Notes: generated by a model from the sequence alone, not told the origin. Positions 27,523 through 43,926 are shown, counted from the stretch's first letter. The stretch is DNA of 64,000 bases from Eledone cirrhosa (GCA_964016885.1 OZ024745.1:106516001-106580000); one strand, 5' to 3'. Numbers and translations: made by a program.

Positions 27523-28647
27523 TATCGAATACGTTCCTTTTTGAGACGGTAGTAGGCGGTTAGGCGGTTTAGAAAAATGTGCTTGCTATTAGAAGCAGGT
27601 TGAATGACCAGGTAGACGTTCTATAGTTGACTTAGTTATAATGGTTATTCCTATCAATAGTGTCGTCGTTGTTGTCAATACTACACCTCTTTCTGCTATT
27701 AATATTGTTGCCCTTACTATTATGTTGTTGCTGCTGCTGCTATACATTTCTATTGCATTAGGTTCTGCTATTGCTGTTGTTGTTGTTAATGCAGTTGACG
27801 TTATTTCACTTGCTGGTACTGCTGTTTCTCTTTTGTATTATTTGTTATTCAATTTTTTTTTAAAACTTAATTCAATTTATTTTATATAGTTGCTGCTTTA
27901 CCATTGATTTTTTATTGCTTCAGTTTATGCTTCTGTTACTGTTATTGTCCTTATTGCTTTGTTTGTTTGTATCTTTCACTTGGCTGTTATATTGTTATTA
28001 AACTTTTTGTCGCTGCTCCTGCTACTATTGCTATTTTCTAAAATGAACAAATTACAATGGCTTTGGTTCAAGACAGACGTACAACAATAAATCAATCACC
28101 TGATTCACGAGAATGGCTATATGAGGCGTAATGAGAGCAACGGTGGTAGTATTTAGAGAGACAATAATAGAGAGAGTGGGAGTGAGAGAAAGGGGGTGTA
28201 GGTAGAGAATAAAAAGAGTCTTAGAATTAGAGGGGGGGGGGCATACAGAAAGAGAGACTGAATGAGATAGAGAGATAGAACTAGTGAGAGAGAGAAGCCA
28301 TAAACAAAGAAAGTGATGATGAGAGAAAGAAATATGGTAAGGAAGTCGTATATAGGAGAGAGAAATATTGAAGAGTGAGTGAGAGAGAAAACAGAATTAA
28401 TAGATACAGAGAATGAGGGAGACAAACAGAAAGAAAAAGAGGTAATGCCAGAGAGAGAAGGGCGGGAGTAAAAGAGGGTGAGAATACTAGAAATAAATAG
28501 CAGTAAAGGATAGTAAAAGCCTTGATGGCTTGAAGACATCTAATGATAGCTATGAAAAGACAACTAGGAAACAACTGATCGTTTCTATGAAAGGGTTATA
28601 TTTTGTTTGTGTTTCCATCCTGCAAAGGAAGATACATCCATCAATCA

Positions 28648-28729
<82 letters not shown>

Positions 28730-28808
28730 TCTCTCTCTCCCACTCTTTTTTTTTCTATACACATATATATGTATGTGTGTGTGTATATATATATATTTAT
28801 ATATATAT

Positions 28809-29321
28809 AAATATTAAAACAATGAAATTAAACACAAAACTGTTAATTCATAGTGAAACACATTATTTTACGATCGTTTCTAGGGGGTAGTCGTCTGCAT
28901 GTTCATTTAACTATTGATCTATGTAAAACATATTACAAAATATCATAGTGAGAAAATAATACATACGTCTTCACTACCCGCCATCTTCAGAAATAATCTT
29001 TGTTTCTGGTAGTGAAGACGTATGTATTATTTTCTCACTATGATATTTTGTAATATGTTTTACATAGATCAATAGTCAAATGAACATGCAGACGACTACC
29101 CCCTAGAAATGATCGTAAAATAATGTGTTTTACTATGAATTAACAGTTTTGTGTTTAATTTCATTGTTTTAATATTTCTATTTTGACTCTGTATCCAATT
29201 GAATTATATCGTTGATAAAAAAATGTTTGTATTTTAAACTTTGCTTCACGACATCTACATACGGATTACATTGAGTTCTTTATACGGTTTAGACCCTACC
29301 TTTGAGTGGTAGATTTATCTG
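28809..29321. mobile_element. Palindromic PLE-type insert in (TA)n
   Basis: Inverted arms ~28809-28978 and 29008-29177 plus a ~140-bp tail. Confidence 0.8.
28863..28996 (-). ncRNA. Type I hammerhead ribozyme with very long stem-loop II
   Basis: TTATTT-CTGAAGA-TGGCGGGTAGT-(~80 nt)-ACTACCCCCTA-GAAA-CGATCG-TA-AAATAA. Confidence 0.75.
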
Positions 29322-29347
29322 TATATATATATATAAATATATATATA

Positions 29348-29424
<77 letters not shown>

Positions 29425-29740
29425 ATGTGAGTGTCTGTTTATGTATACATATGAGTTTGTGTCTCTGTTTACTTTCTGTAACTGCATTGCACTGTCGCGA
29501 ATTTGTTTCCAATCAAAATTTGCATGTTCTGAGGTGACTGTATAAAAGCATGTTTGGTTTAATGGTTTAATAGAACACTGGTAATGAGAATTAGAGAAAT
29601 GGGGCGCTGCTGGATCTAACACTGCTCATACTTGGCCTGCTTTCTTACTACAACATTATCTTAAATGTTCCACAATTTTGGATCAACTAAAATTATAAGT
29701 GGTCTCTCCTTTGAAGTGTGACACTCTTAGTGTGTGTGTA

Positions 29741-29773
<33 letters not shown>

Positions 29774-29774
<1 letters not shown>

Positions 29775-29962
29775 ACGAAGGAAATGTGGTAAGGAACCAG
29801 ATGGACCATAACGCACCAAAGTACACAATACTTAGGGTAGTAGAGTGGGTAATAGGAACGAGTAAGACCCCGACGGCTGAGCTCAAGCCATTTCGACGGC
29901 TAATTCTGGACCAAATTAGCCGTCGAAACGGCTTGAGGTCAGCCGTAGGGGTCCTATTCGTT

Positions 29963-29964
<2 letters not shown>
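29774..29964. mobile_element. TA-inserted family G palindrome
   Basis: Palindrome centred on GACGGCTAATT-CTGGACCA-AATTAGCCGTC, flanked by TTTC and GAAA; ~75-bp unpaired tail. Confidence 0.8.
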
Positions 29965-29999
<35 letters not shown>

Positions 30000-30001
<2 letters not shown>

Positions 30002-30125
30002 AAGTTATTCAGGGTTGAGTCGGAGGTAACCACAGTAAGTAAGGTACTCAATACATAGCAGAGTATGAAAGTTTTAATGTAGAAGACCTTCTACAGGACT
30101 AGTACTGTTTCATTCGTGAGAAATC

Positions 30126-30126
<1 letters not shown>
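30000..30126 (-). mobile_element. Family I fragment truncated within the HHR core
   Basis: Minus strand begins TGA-TTTCTCACGAAT-GAAA-CAG-TACTAGTC-CTG-TA-GAAGG directly after (TA)n. Confidence 0.7.
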
Positions 30127-30162
<36 letters not shown>

Positions 30163-30167
30163 AATAC

Positions 30168-30254
<87 letters not shown>

Positions 30255-30405
30255 AACACAGGGGGTGTAACATGAAGTTACTGTAGGTTCACCTATGTGA
30301 GTACTCGATATTTAGGTTCAAGTCAGTGGCGGCGTGTAGAGCTAAACAGAGTGTAATATAATAATACAAGGACGATTTCTTAAGCCTTCATTACGTTTAT
30401 TAATT

Positions 30406-30590
30406 GGGTGGATTGGCAGTATCGGTAGAGGGTTTGACGCCATGCTTTCCAGCATAGTTACGTCCCTTTATGATCTGAGTTCAAATCCCGCCGAGGTTGA
30501 CTTTGCCTTTCATCCTTACGGGGTCGATAAAATAAAGTACCAGTAATGCACTGGGTAATTGCTGGCCTTGTGCCTAAAGTAGAAACAATT
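30406..30590 (+). mobile_element. SINE family A
   Basis: Consensus match; ATTAATTGG on both flanks. Confidence 0.9.
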
Positions 30591-30759
30591 AATTGGTGTC
30601 GCGTGTTTCATTATTGATCAGCTCAAGGTTCGATCTGTATCGATATGGCCTGACTATCGAATGAGGAGCTCATCAGACCTCTGCTGTTGTAATGACAATG
30701 AATATATGTATGTATGTGTGAGTATATAATATGTATAATATGTGTGTATATAAACATTT

Positions 30760-30934
30760 AATTGTTTCTACTTTTGACACAAGGCCAGCAAATACCCAGT
30801 ACATTACTGGTACTTTATTTTACCGACCCCGTAAGGATGAAAGGCAAAGTTAACCTTGGTGGGATTTGAACACAGATTGTAAAGGGACGTAACTACGCTG
30901 GAAAGCATGTCCGACCTTCTACCGATACTGCCAA
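30760..30934 (-). mobile_element. SINE family A
   Basis: Consensus match with a small deletion. Confidence 0.85.
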
Positions 30935-31030
30935 TTATAAACATATAATTATATATATATATATATATATGTCCTATTTTAATCATTGTAGGTGAGGCCT
31001 TCACATCAATTCTGCGGTAAACCTCTAGTG

Positions 31031-31595
31031 CAGGTGTTCCCAACCTTTTTGTCGTTGTCGCCCACTTTTCCACACACACAAATTCCCATCGCCCACCTGT
31101 GCAGTAATTTTAAGGACGCAAAAATAACGCATTATTCAGAACGGTTGCTTAAAAAATGAAATATTTATTGAGATGAAATATTGCAAAATTGGCATTTGGA
31201 GTTGAAACGTTATTCAGAAGAATGAAGTATTTGATTGCTAAATGTTTCTCAATGAAACAAAATTGAAAAATGATACATGTATTACATGTTCAACAAACTC
31301 GCCATGTTTAGTTTTCAGTGTGATCCTTCAGCTGAAAATCAGTTGAAAACAGATGAATTACAGGCATACAGCTGGATACTACTCCCTTAGTCTAGACTAG
31401 GGAAGAACGGATCCGAGCTCTGTGATTACAGCATACCGGCCATTATATGATCAATAACATACTTAATTACCAAAAATCCTTTGTCGCCCACCAAAATTTT
31501 AGATCGCTCGCCATTTCCTAAAAATTCGTTCATCGCCCACCCGATAGTTGAAATCGCCCACCGGCGGGCGATATCGCCCAGGTTGGGAAACCCTG
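31031..31595. mobile_element. hAT (Charlie/Buster-like) MITE
   Basis: TIRs CAGGTGTTCCCAACC / GGTTGGGAAACCCTG; 8-bp TSD CTCTAGTG; subterminal TCGCCCA repeats; possible transposase C-terminal remnant AEGSH* on minus strand near 31320. Confidence 0.9.
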
Positions 31596-31709
31596 CTCTA
31601 GTGTATGACATCTCATAACTGTCCAATAGAACTATATCATACCTGTTGTATTTGCCTACTTGATGGGGTTTGTTTTTAAAATTTCCACCAGTAATCATGA
31701 TCCCGCCAA

Positions 31710-31826
31710 TGAGTTCAAATCCCGCCCAGGGTTAACTTTGCCTTTCATCCTTACTGGGTCGATAAAATAAAGTACCAGTAATACACTGTAATAATTGTTG
31801 GCCTTGTGCCAAAAGTAGAAACAATT
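31710..31826 (+). mobile_element. SINE family A, 5'-truncated
   Basis: Runs from box B to the 3' end. Confidence 0.85.
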
Positions 31827-32198
31827 ATTTCTACGATTTGCGTGTGTCAATGGGTGTTTGTGTCTTAGAAAATTGTGTGCGTATGTATTTATAAGAGTAA
31901 GTTACTAATATCTATATGTGCGTGCGCACACATATAACACGTGTAACATTTATTAATTGTCTACTAAATGTTATCGGTTATTAGATACACTTATCTTAGA
32001 ATGTTCATTAGTTCTCAGTGTAACTAACTGATCTTTAATTTATCTGTTGGTAGCCATGTTAATTAGCTGAAACCAATGTTGTATTTACCACCAGGCAATG
32101 TACGTGTGTTTGATTGAGTAAGTATATGTACGCGCTCATGTATGTGTGTATGTATTAATGTATACGTATATATACGTATATATACGTATATATACGTT

Positions 32199-32239
<41 letters not shown>

Positions 32240-32401
32240 AGTATATGTATATATATATGTATATGTAGTATATGTATATATATGTGTATACGTATATCTG
32301 TATATACATATATATATATACAAATATACGTATACATATATATATATATACATATACTACATATACATATATATATATACATATACTACACACATATACA
32401 C

Positions 32402-32441
<40 letters not shown>

Positions 32442-32867
32442 AGTATATGTATATATATATATGTATATGTAGTATATGTATGTATATATGTATACGTATA
32501 TTTGTATATATATATATGTGTGTATGTATATATATATATGTATATATATGTATATGTATACATATGCATATATATGTATATGTATACATATATGTATATG
32601 TATATGTATATATATGTATATGTATATATATATGTATATATATATATGTATATATATGTATATATATGTATATATGTATATATATGTATATATTTATATA
32701 TACATATATATACATATATATACACATATATATATATATACATATGTATATGTATATGTATATATGTATGTATATGTGCATATGTATGTATATGTACATG
32801 TGTATATACATGGGTGCATGTGTATGTATATACGCGGAGACAGAAATAGTCGGGCTGGACACCCGAT

Positions 32868-33380
32868 CGCGCGGTTAAACCACTGGGAGTGAAGGACCCC
32901 TAGCCTTTGTCAGGGCATTCTTCTAGGAGAAGTCAACTCAGGAAACTGGGATAATTCCGATATAAAATCTGCGGCTCAGTAGTGACCGATGATGTTGATC
33001 TTTTCTTCTTTTCGGGTTATAGCTAGTGTCGCTCAGAGAGTGGGATTGGCTCAGTGCACAGTCTTTCCTCACTTTAAAAAATATCTTCACGCACAGGCAT
33101 TGCACGATAGAATTAATTAATTGTTTCTACTTTTAGCACAAGGCCAGCAATTTTCCAGTGCATTACTGGTACTTTATTTATCGACCCCGTAAGGATGAAA
33201 GGCAAAGTTAACCTCAGCGGGATTTGAACTCAGAATGGCAAGGGCCGTAACTCTATGAATCAAAGCATGGCGTCCGACCCTCTACCGATACATCCAATCC
33301 ACCGCTAGAATTAATTAACAATTATTAATAATGGTACATCGTGCAATGGCCATACTCGATAACGAGGGGGCAGCCATCAA
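32868..33380 (+). mobile_element. Family B copy interrupted by SINE A (33119-33305, minus)
   Basis: 13-bp TSD TAGAATTAATTAA at 33108-33120 and 33306-33318; the empty site is seen in the paralog at ~3012. Confidence 0.85.
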
Positions 33381-33383
33381 ATG

Positions 33384-33416
<33 letters not shown>

Positions 33417-33504
33417 GTATACATATATGTGTGTGTGTATGTGTGTGTGTGTTTCTGAGTATCTAACTATATCGCTCCCTCTTTATCTCTCTCTCTCTCT
33501 TCCC

Positions 33505-35329
<1,825 letters not shown>

Positions 35330-35640
35330 GTCTATACATGTTTGAGAGTTTATGATAGGATACGCGTGTACGGACGGGTGTCATATCCTAAATATTTCTA
35401 AAATCATTAGCGGGATTGTTATCTCTTTAATATGAATGTTATCACATCAGTTTATCAAAGTTATTAATTCTACGAACCCAGTAAGAAGTATACAGAAACT
35501 TTTCACCGTAATCCATACGTGTATTTGTGGGATTGTTGGCGGTGGTCAGTGAGTAAAGTTTATGATAATAAGCTTAATTTACCTGATAGTTACAGTTAAA
35601 GCATATTCTTGTGTGTATATGTATATACATAAATAAATAA

Positions 35641-36269
<629 letters not shown>

Positions 36270-36418
36270 ATATGTATATGTACTACACACACACATACAT
36301 ACAAACACACAGACACACACGCACATACATACACGCACACACACATAAATACATATATATATATAATTAGTTGCTATCAAAACGGTAAAAGATTAACCGT
36401 ATTGCACAGAATCCCTAA

Positions 36419-36493
<75 letters not shown>

Positions 36494-36498
36494 TCTCA

Positions 36499-36561
<63 letters not shown>

Positions 36562-36614
36562 TACATATATATACATATATATATATATGTATATACACAT
36601 GCACACACACATTT

Positions 36615-36813
36615 ATATATATATATATATACGTATATATGTATGTGTGTGTGTGTATGTGTAAATATATATACGTATATATGTATGTGATTGTGTGTGT
36701 GTGTAAATATATATACGTATATATGTATGTATGTGTGGGTGTGTGTGTGTAAATATATATACGTATATATGTATGTGTGTGTGTGTGTGTAAATATATAT
36801 ACGTATATATGTA

Positions 36814-36852
<39 letters not shown>

Positions 36853-38410
36853 ATATATATATACGTATATATGTATGTGTGTGTGTGTGTGTGTGTAAAT
36901 ATATATACGTAAATATGTATGTGTGTGTGTGTGTGTAAATATATATACGTATATATGTATGTATGTGTGTGTGTGTGTGTGTGTGAAAATATATATATAC
37001 GTATATATGTATGTGTGTGTGTGTGTGTGTAAATATATATACGTATATATGTATGTGTGTGTGTAAATATATATACGTATATATGTATGTGTGTGTGTGT
37101 GTAAATATATATACGTATATATGTATGTATGTATGTATGTGTGTGTGTGTGTAAATATATATATACGTATATATGTATGTGTGTTTGTGTGAAAATATAT
37201 ATACGTATATATGTATGTGTGTGTGTGTGTGTAAATATATATACGTATATATGTATGTGTGTGTGTGTGTGTAAATATATATACGTATATATGTATGTGT
37301 GTGGGTGTGTGTGTAAATATATATACGTATATATGTATGTGTGTGCGTGTAAATATATATACGTATATATGTATGTGCGTGTGTGTGTGTGTGTAAATAT
37401 ATATACGTATATATGTATGTGTGTGCGTGTAAATATATATACGTATATATGTATGTGCGTGTGTGTGTGTGTGTAAATATATATATGTATATATGTATGT
37501 GTGTGCGTGTAAATATATATACGTATATATGTATGTGTGTGTGTGTGTAAATATATATACGTATATATATATGTATGTATGTATGTGTGTGTGTATGTGT
37601 AAATATATATACGTATATATGTATGTGTGTTTGTGTGAAAATATATATATACGTATATATGTATGTGTGTGTGTGTATGTGTAAATATATATACGTATAT
37701 ATGTATGTGTGTGCGTGTAAATATATATATACGTATATATGTATGTATGTGTGTGTGTGTGTAAATATATATACGTATATATATATGTATGTATGTATGT
37801 ATGTGTGTATGTGTAAATATATATACGTATATATGTATGTATGTGTGTGTAAATATATATACGTATATATGTATGTGTGTGTGTGTGTAAATATATATAC
37901 GTATATATATATGTATGTATGTATGTATGTGTGTATGTGTAAATATATATACGTATATATGTATGTGTGTGCGTGTAAATATATATACGTATATATGTAT
38001 GTGTGTGTGTGTGTAAATATATATACGTATATATATATGTATGCATGTATGTATGTGTGTATGTGTAAATATATATACGTATATATGTATGTGCGTGTGT
38101 GTGTGTGTGTAAATATATATATACGTATATATGTATGTATGTGTGTGTGTAAATATATATATACGTATATATGTATGTATGTATGTATGTATGTGTGTGT
38201 ATGTGTAAATATATATACGTATATATGTATGTGTGTGCGTGTAAATATATATACGTATATATGTATGTGTGTGTGTGTGTGTGTAAATATATATACGTAT
38301 ATATATATATGGATGTATGTGTGTAAATATATATACGTATATATGTATGTGTGTGTGTGTGTAAATATATATACGTATATATATATATATATACGTATAT
38401 ATGTATGTAT
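36615..38410. repeat. Compound minisatellite AAATATATATACGTATATATGTAT(GT)n, ~35-45 bp unit
   Basis: Dozens of tandem units with variable GT length. Confidence 0.95.
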
Positions 38411-38717
38411 GTTTGTGTGCACCCGATTTGTTTTTGTATGAATACTTCGCCGATGTAATTATTTTATCTTTAGACTTGGCACAGCTTATAACACCATAAC
38501 GTAACACACACCAGATTCGGTGAGATCTTTGTTTGTAAGCCGTGTTCCACCTATATAATACGTGTTTCCGACAAGATACTTTCTAAACAGCTCTATCATT
38601 TACATTATCATGTCGTCGATCGATGGCTAAAGCGTGGGAGATGATGTTTAATGGGGGGGTTAAACACTAATGAAGAAATGGTGCTTACTGTGATCCTTGT
38701 GTTTAGCTTCTGCTGTT

Positions 38718-38860
38718 GATAATGATGATGATGATGATGATGATGATGATGGTGATGTTGATGATGGTTAGGATGAATGAAGATGGCGATGGATGATGAT
38801 GACAGTAGCTGATGAAAATGATGTTAATGATGGTGATGATTCTGATGATGAAGACGATGG

Positions 38861-38906
<46 letters not shown>

Positions 38907-39071
38907 GATGGTGATGATGAAGACGATGGTGGTGATGATGATGATGGTGATGATGATGGTGGTGGTGGTGGTGGTGGTGATGATGGTGGTGGTGGTGGTG
39001 ATGATTAGGATGAAGATGGTAACGATCATGGCGATGGATGATGATGACAGTAGCTGATGAAAATGATGTTA

Positions 39072-39124
<53 letters not shown>

Positions 39125-39227
39125 AATGATGATGATGAAGACGATGGTGATGATGGTGATGGGATGAAGATGGTAACGATGATGGCGATGGATGATGACA
39201 GCAGCTGATGAAAATGAAGTTATGATA

Positions 39228-39263
<36 letters not shown>

Positions 39264-39325
39264 TTGCTGCTCGTGAAGATGCTGGTGGTGGGGGTTGATG
39301 ATGGTGATGATGGGATGATGTTTAG
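38718..39325. repeat. (GAT)n/(GGT)n low-complexity array with internal duplications
   Basis: GGCGATGGATGATGA-CAG-AGCTGATGAAAATGA recurs three times. Confidence 0.9.
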
Positions 39326-39330
39326 CATGA

Positions 39331-39521
39331 TAATTGTTTCTACTTTAGGCACAAGGCCAGCAAATACCCAGTACATTTACTGGTACTTTTTATTTTATCG
39401 ACCCCGTAAGGATGAAAGGCAAAGTCAACCTCGGCGGGATTTGAACTCAGATAGTAAAGGGACGTAACTATATGCTGGAAAGCATGGCGTCCGACCCTCT
39501 ACCGATACTGCCAATCCACCG
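39331..39521 (-). mobile_element. SINE family A
   Basis: Consensus match; TSD GCATGATAAT. Confidence 0.9.
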
Positions 39522-39844
39522 CATGATAATAATGGCAGTGATGACGACAATCAAAATTAATATTAGTCTTATCTTCATTACGTATTGTCACTACAGTGTG
39601 CAGTGTTGTTGTTTCTATTGAATTGAAAGTGTTCTTAATAATAAGTGTACAAAACCTAGTATTGCTATGGTCAGTATGTTGTATATATATGTAATTCATT
39701 GGGTGTAGGTTAAATATATGTTGTTGTTTTAAATATTTCCCAGCCCTTATTATCATAGGGATTGTTAGGGCGTTGGATTGGCAGTATCGGTAGAGGGTCG
39801 GACGCCATGCTTTGCAGCATACAGCCCTTTATCCTACAAAATCT

Positions 39845-40135
39845 TTTGGAGGTGAAATGTCCTAATTTTTCTGGATTCCTGTTGATAAGCACAGAAGATT
39901 TGAATATTTCACTTTTTATACCATCGTTGCGAAATATATTTATGTTTTGAAGTTCAAATTCATCTACGGAGCAGGTTTGGATTTTGAAATTTAAATTTGT
40001 CCAGGAATCACGGCTTTTGCCAATATGAGTTTGTTTCTATTGATTTATATCGAGACAGACAAGCTATATTTATTTTAATTAGTTTATTTCATTCTAGCTA
40101 ACTTCGTCTTTTGCAATACAAACACTTATGTGTTT
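39845..40135 (+). repeat. Unclassified old dispersed repeat
   Basis: Colinear similarity to 48722-48955 (GTTGCGAAA, TTGTCC-GG-ATCACGGC, ATCGAGACAG, TCTAGCTAACTT, TTTGCAATAC). Confidence 0.6.
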
Positions 40136-40159
40136 ATCATATATTAATTTATATTAACT

Positions 40160-40225
<66 letters not shown>

Positions 40226-40380
40226 TATATCTATATATATGTATATATATATGTATATATATGTATATATATATATGCATATATATATATGTATATATAT
40301 ATATATATGTATATATATATGTATATATATGTATATATATATATATGCATATATATATATATGTATATATATATGTATAC

Positions 40381-40426
<46 letters not shown>

Positions 40427-40429
40427 GTA

Positions 40430-40527
<98 letters not shown>

Positions 40528-40730
40528 TGTATATATGTGTGTGTGTGTGTGTACATATTTGTGTGTGCGGGCGAGTCGAGGAAACGTATACCTCTTTAGC
40601 AATTACCAAACCAAACGGTGAACTGTCATTACACTGTGATATAGAAATGTGAAAAGGGGGATTTGGATAAACGAATTTCACCAAAGTATAAATAAGATAG
40701 GAGAAGAAATATACATATATATATATATAT

Positions 40731-41155
40731 GCAAAAGTTTTATTTAAAATTGTTGGGTTACAACGAGTAAATATTTTATAACTGATATAAAGCACTCAAC
40801 AAGTTTTGGAGTAGATATACGATATTAAACAAATGGAAACTATATTTATAAAATCATATCTATTTCATTATACATATTTCAGGGATACCATATTAAAAAT
40901 ATGGCATGCCTTCTTCAGATAAAATACAATATATAAGCAGTTTTATAAATAAATTTGACGTACCATAGAATATTGATCAACTTTTTTAAATGGAAGTTGA
41001 TCAATATTCTATGGTACGTCAAATGTATTTATAAAACTGCTTATATATTGTATTTTATCTGAAGAAGGTATGCCATATTTTTAATATGGTATCCCTGAAA
41101 TATGTATAATGAAATAGATATGGTTTTATAAATATAGTTTCCATTTGTTTAATAT

Positions 41156-41158
<3 letters not shown>
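40731..41158. mobile_element. Family F palindrome with HHRs at 40863-40924(-) and 41053-41114(+)
   Basis: TTTTAT-CTGAAGA-AGGTATGCCATAT-TTTTA-ATATGGTATCCCT-GAAA-TATGTA-TA-ATGAAA. Confidence 0.85.
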
Positions 41159-41205
<47 letters not shown>

Positions 41206-41210
<5 letters not shown>

Positions 41211-41411
41211 AGATCAAAAGACGGTTAAAGGAGTTCCATGTATTTTATTATGCGCATTTCAAAAACAAACATGCGCATAATAAAATACATGGAACTCCTT
41301 TAACCATCTTTTGATCTTATATTATGCATACTCCAGTCCTACAAACTGTAGAGTGCTTCTTATCCGATATCTGCATTGCTTTATTGTACTACAATAAAAC
41401 TCACCTCCTAC
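41206..41411. mobile_element. Family H palindrome broken inside the HHR
   Basis: Left arm stops in stem II (TTTCAAAAACAAAC); right arm restarts at the stem III palindrome ATGCGCAT. Confidence 0.8.
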
Positions 41412-41436
41412 ATATATATATATATATATATATATA

Positions 41437-41620
41437 ACAATTTCAGGTTATCAATAATGTAGTGATAATATATCGTCACGTTAGAGATGAACAGCGTACT
41501 TGTAGGTTTGCTCAACGAGTATAAATTATATTCCGGAGAAAATGTAGAAAAGATGAATATAAAATGAAAGTACTTTTTTTTAAAAAGGAATTTATTAGGT
41601 ATTGACATATGTTTCTGTAT
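41437..41620 (-). mobile_element. PLE-type 3' fragment beginning at an HHR 3' half
   Basis: Minus strand ACA-GAAA-CATATG-TC-AATAC (palindromic stem III, GUC triplet) at 41599-41618, followed by AATAAA. Confidence 0.55.
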
Positions 41621-41622
41621 AT

Positions 41623-41776
41623 CACAAGTTTATCCCGGGTTCAGTCGGAGTAACCACAATAAGTAAGGTACTCAATACATAGCAGAATATAAATATTTAA
41701 TATAGGAATCATCAGGAAGCCGGCTTCCTGGTGATTTCTCCCGAATGAAACAGTTTTAGTCCTGCAGAAGGCATTC

Positions 41777-41782
<6 letters not shown>
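41623..41782. mobile_element. Family I insert with mutated HHR at 41722-41772(+)
   Basis: GGCTTC-CTGGTGA-TTTCTCCCGAAT-GAAA-CAG..CTG-CA-GAAGGC; the adjacent mirror segment keeps CTGATGA. Confidence 0.7.
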
Positions 41783-41871
<89 letters not shown>

Positions 41872-42313
41872 GCAAAAGTTTTATTTAAAATGTTGGGTTA
41901 CAACGAGTAAATATTTTATAACTGATATAAAAGCACTCAACAGGTTTTGGAGTATTTTACGATATTAAACAAATGGAAATTACATTTATAAAACCATATT
42001 TATTTCATTATATATATTTCAGGGATATCATATTAAAATATGGTATGCCCTCTTCAGACAAAATACAATATATAGACAGTTTTATAAATAAATTTGACAT
42101 ACCTTAGAGTTTACAACTTCAATTTAAAACTACCGTAACAACTTTTTAAATGGAAGTTGTAAACTCTAAGGTATGTCGAATTTATTTATAAAACTGTCTA
42201 TATATTGTATTTTGTCTGAAGAGGGCATACCATATTTTAATATGATATCCCTGAAATATATATAATGAAATAAATATGGTTTTATAAATGTAATTTCCAT
42301 TTGTTTAATATCG

Positions 42314-42314
<1 letters not shown>
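41872..42314. mobile_element. Family F palindrome with HHRs at 42003-42063(-) and 42210-42270(+)
   Basis: TTTTGT-CTGAAGA-GGGCATACCATAT-TTTA-ATATGATATCCCT-GAAA-TATATA-TA-ATGAAA. Confidence 0.85.
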
Positions 42315-42347
<33 letters not shown>

Positions 42348-42351
<4 letters not shown>

Positions 42352-42584
42352 GAAGGAGATGTGGTAAGGAACCAGATGGACCATAACGCACCAGAGTACT
42401 CAATACTTAGGGTAGTAGAGCTGAAGCCGTTTCGACGGCTATTTGAATCCAGAAATAGCCGTCGAAACGGCTTGAGCTCTGCGGTCGGGGTCTTGAACAT
42501 TTTCCTATTACCCACTCTACTACCCAAAGTATTGAGTACTCTGGTGTGTTATGGTCCACCTGGTTCCTTACCACACTTCCTTCG

Positions 42585-42585
<1 letters not shown>
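42348..42585. mobile_element. Family G palindrome
   Basis: Centred on GACGGCTATTT-GAATCCAG-AAATAGCCGTC; both arms reach the element end, left arm with a deletion. Confidence 0.8.
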
Positions 42586-42682
<97 letters not shown>

Positions 42683-42709
42683 GTGTGTGTGTGTGTGTGT
42701 GCGTGTGTG

Positions 42710-42788
<79 letters not shown>

Positions 42789-43419
42789 GTGTGTGTGTGT
42801 GTTGTGTGTGTGTGTAATTTAAGTAGAAAGTAATAGAAAAATGTCAGTGGCTGTTGGATCAAATGAATTGTTGGAGATATTAAGATATACCTGCTAAAAT
42901 GCCTGGCTCCTTACTGTAGCTAATTTCCTGTCAGGACTATGCTTGCATGTTAACCTCCAACCGCTTTTCTAATTGATAATTACATTGTATAACTTTTTCA
43001 GCATAGTGAGACAGAAAATCTTACTTTCGCTGCTCAAGAACACAGATTTACATATACATGATACTCTAACCTGTAAAATGAGCTTCATTGTCGTCATTCC
43101 ACCAACTGGAAATAGTACTCGAATATCACTCAAAACGTATCCTGCTATTAATGAAGGAGTAATACATTACATAATTTAGTTTGAGATAAATAACTTGATA
43201 ACGATTAAAAAGTTATAACTAGAATGTCTTTATTCATAGGTTTTCCTGAACATGGCTAGCCTGGATATAAAAGCAACTCTAGATCTCTATAAAGTAATTT
43301 GGTGAAGCAGGTCTTTACATTATCTACGGCGAACCCCCTAAATGTGGATTGACATGTACAAAAGCAACTATTCTCAATAAAATGTTCAGTGTAAATCTTT
43401 CTGAGGAGACTGTCAAAGC

Positions 43420-43630
43420 TTTTAAATACATGTCCGTTGTATTGGAGCTGGGATCTGTTTATGCAGAGAAGTAGTGGCTCTACTTTAAGTGACTCCCTGA
43501 TACCCAAGTTACACAGCCTGTCGAGTAATTTTACTCTAGAGACTTTTTGCTGCTTGTGTTCGCAGTCGAATATTTTTGGTCACTAGCAAAGATTCAGGAG
43601 CATAGGTAAGTGTAGGCACGAATAACGAAT
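43420..43630 (-). mobile_element. Degraded RTE-clade LINE fragment
   Basis: Translation includes FVPTLTYAPES...IRESLKVEPLLLCINRSQLQYNGHV. Confidence 0.65.
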
Positions 43631-43926
43631 TAAAGTTTACTCTGAAACTTACAAAAGAATCGGCCACCTTCTATAAATGAAAGTACAATAAGTGGAGATA
43701 CAATTACAAGGGGTCAAATGTTATTGTTGTCGTGGAGGCATAGGGTCGGATTTAACATTAACGATATCTATTATATGTCACTAATGGAAGACAAAAATAT
43801 TCAAATTGACCTACGATTCTAACTGCCAAAACTCTTGAAATTGGTCTTAGATTTCTATATTCACCACTAGAAGATAGACAGTTTCCTTAAACATAAACAA
43901 CTTATATATAAACAACTTATATATAA

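Noticed and set aside
38793-39057. Acidic Asp/Gly-rich ORF
   Set aside because: It is a (GAT)n/(GGT)n microsatellite with no splice or coding context
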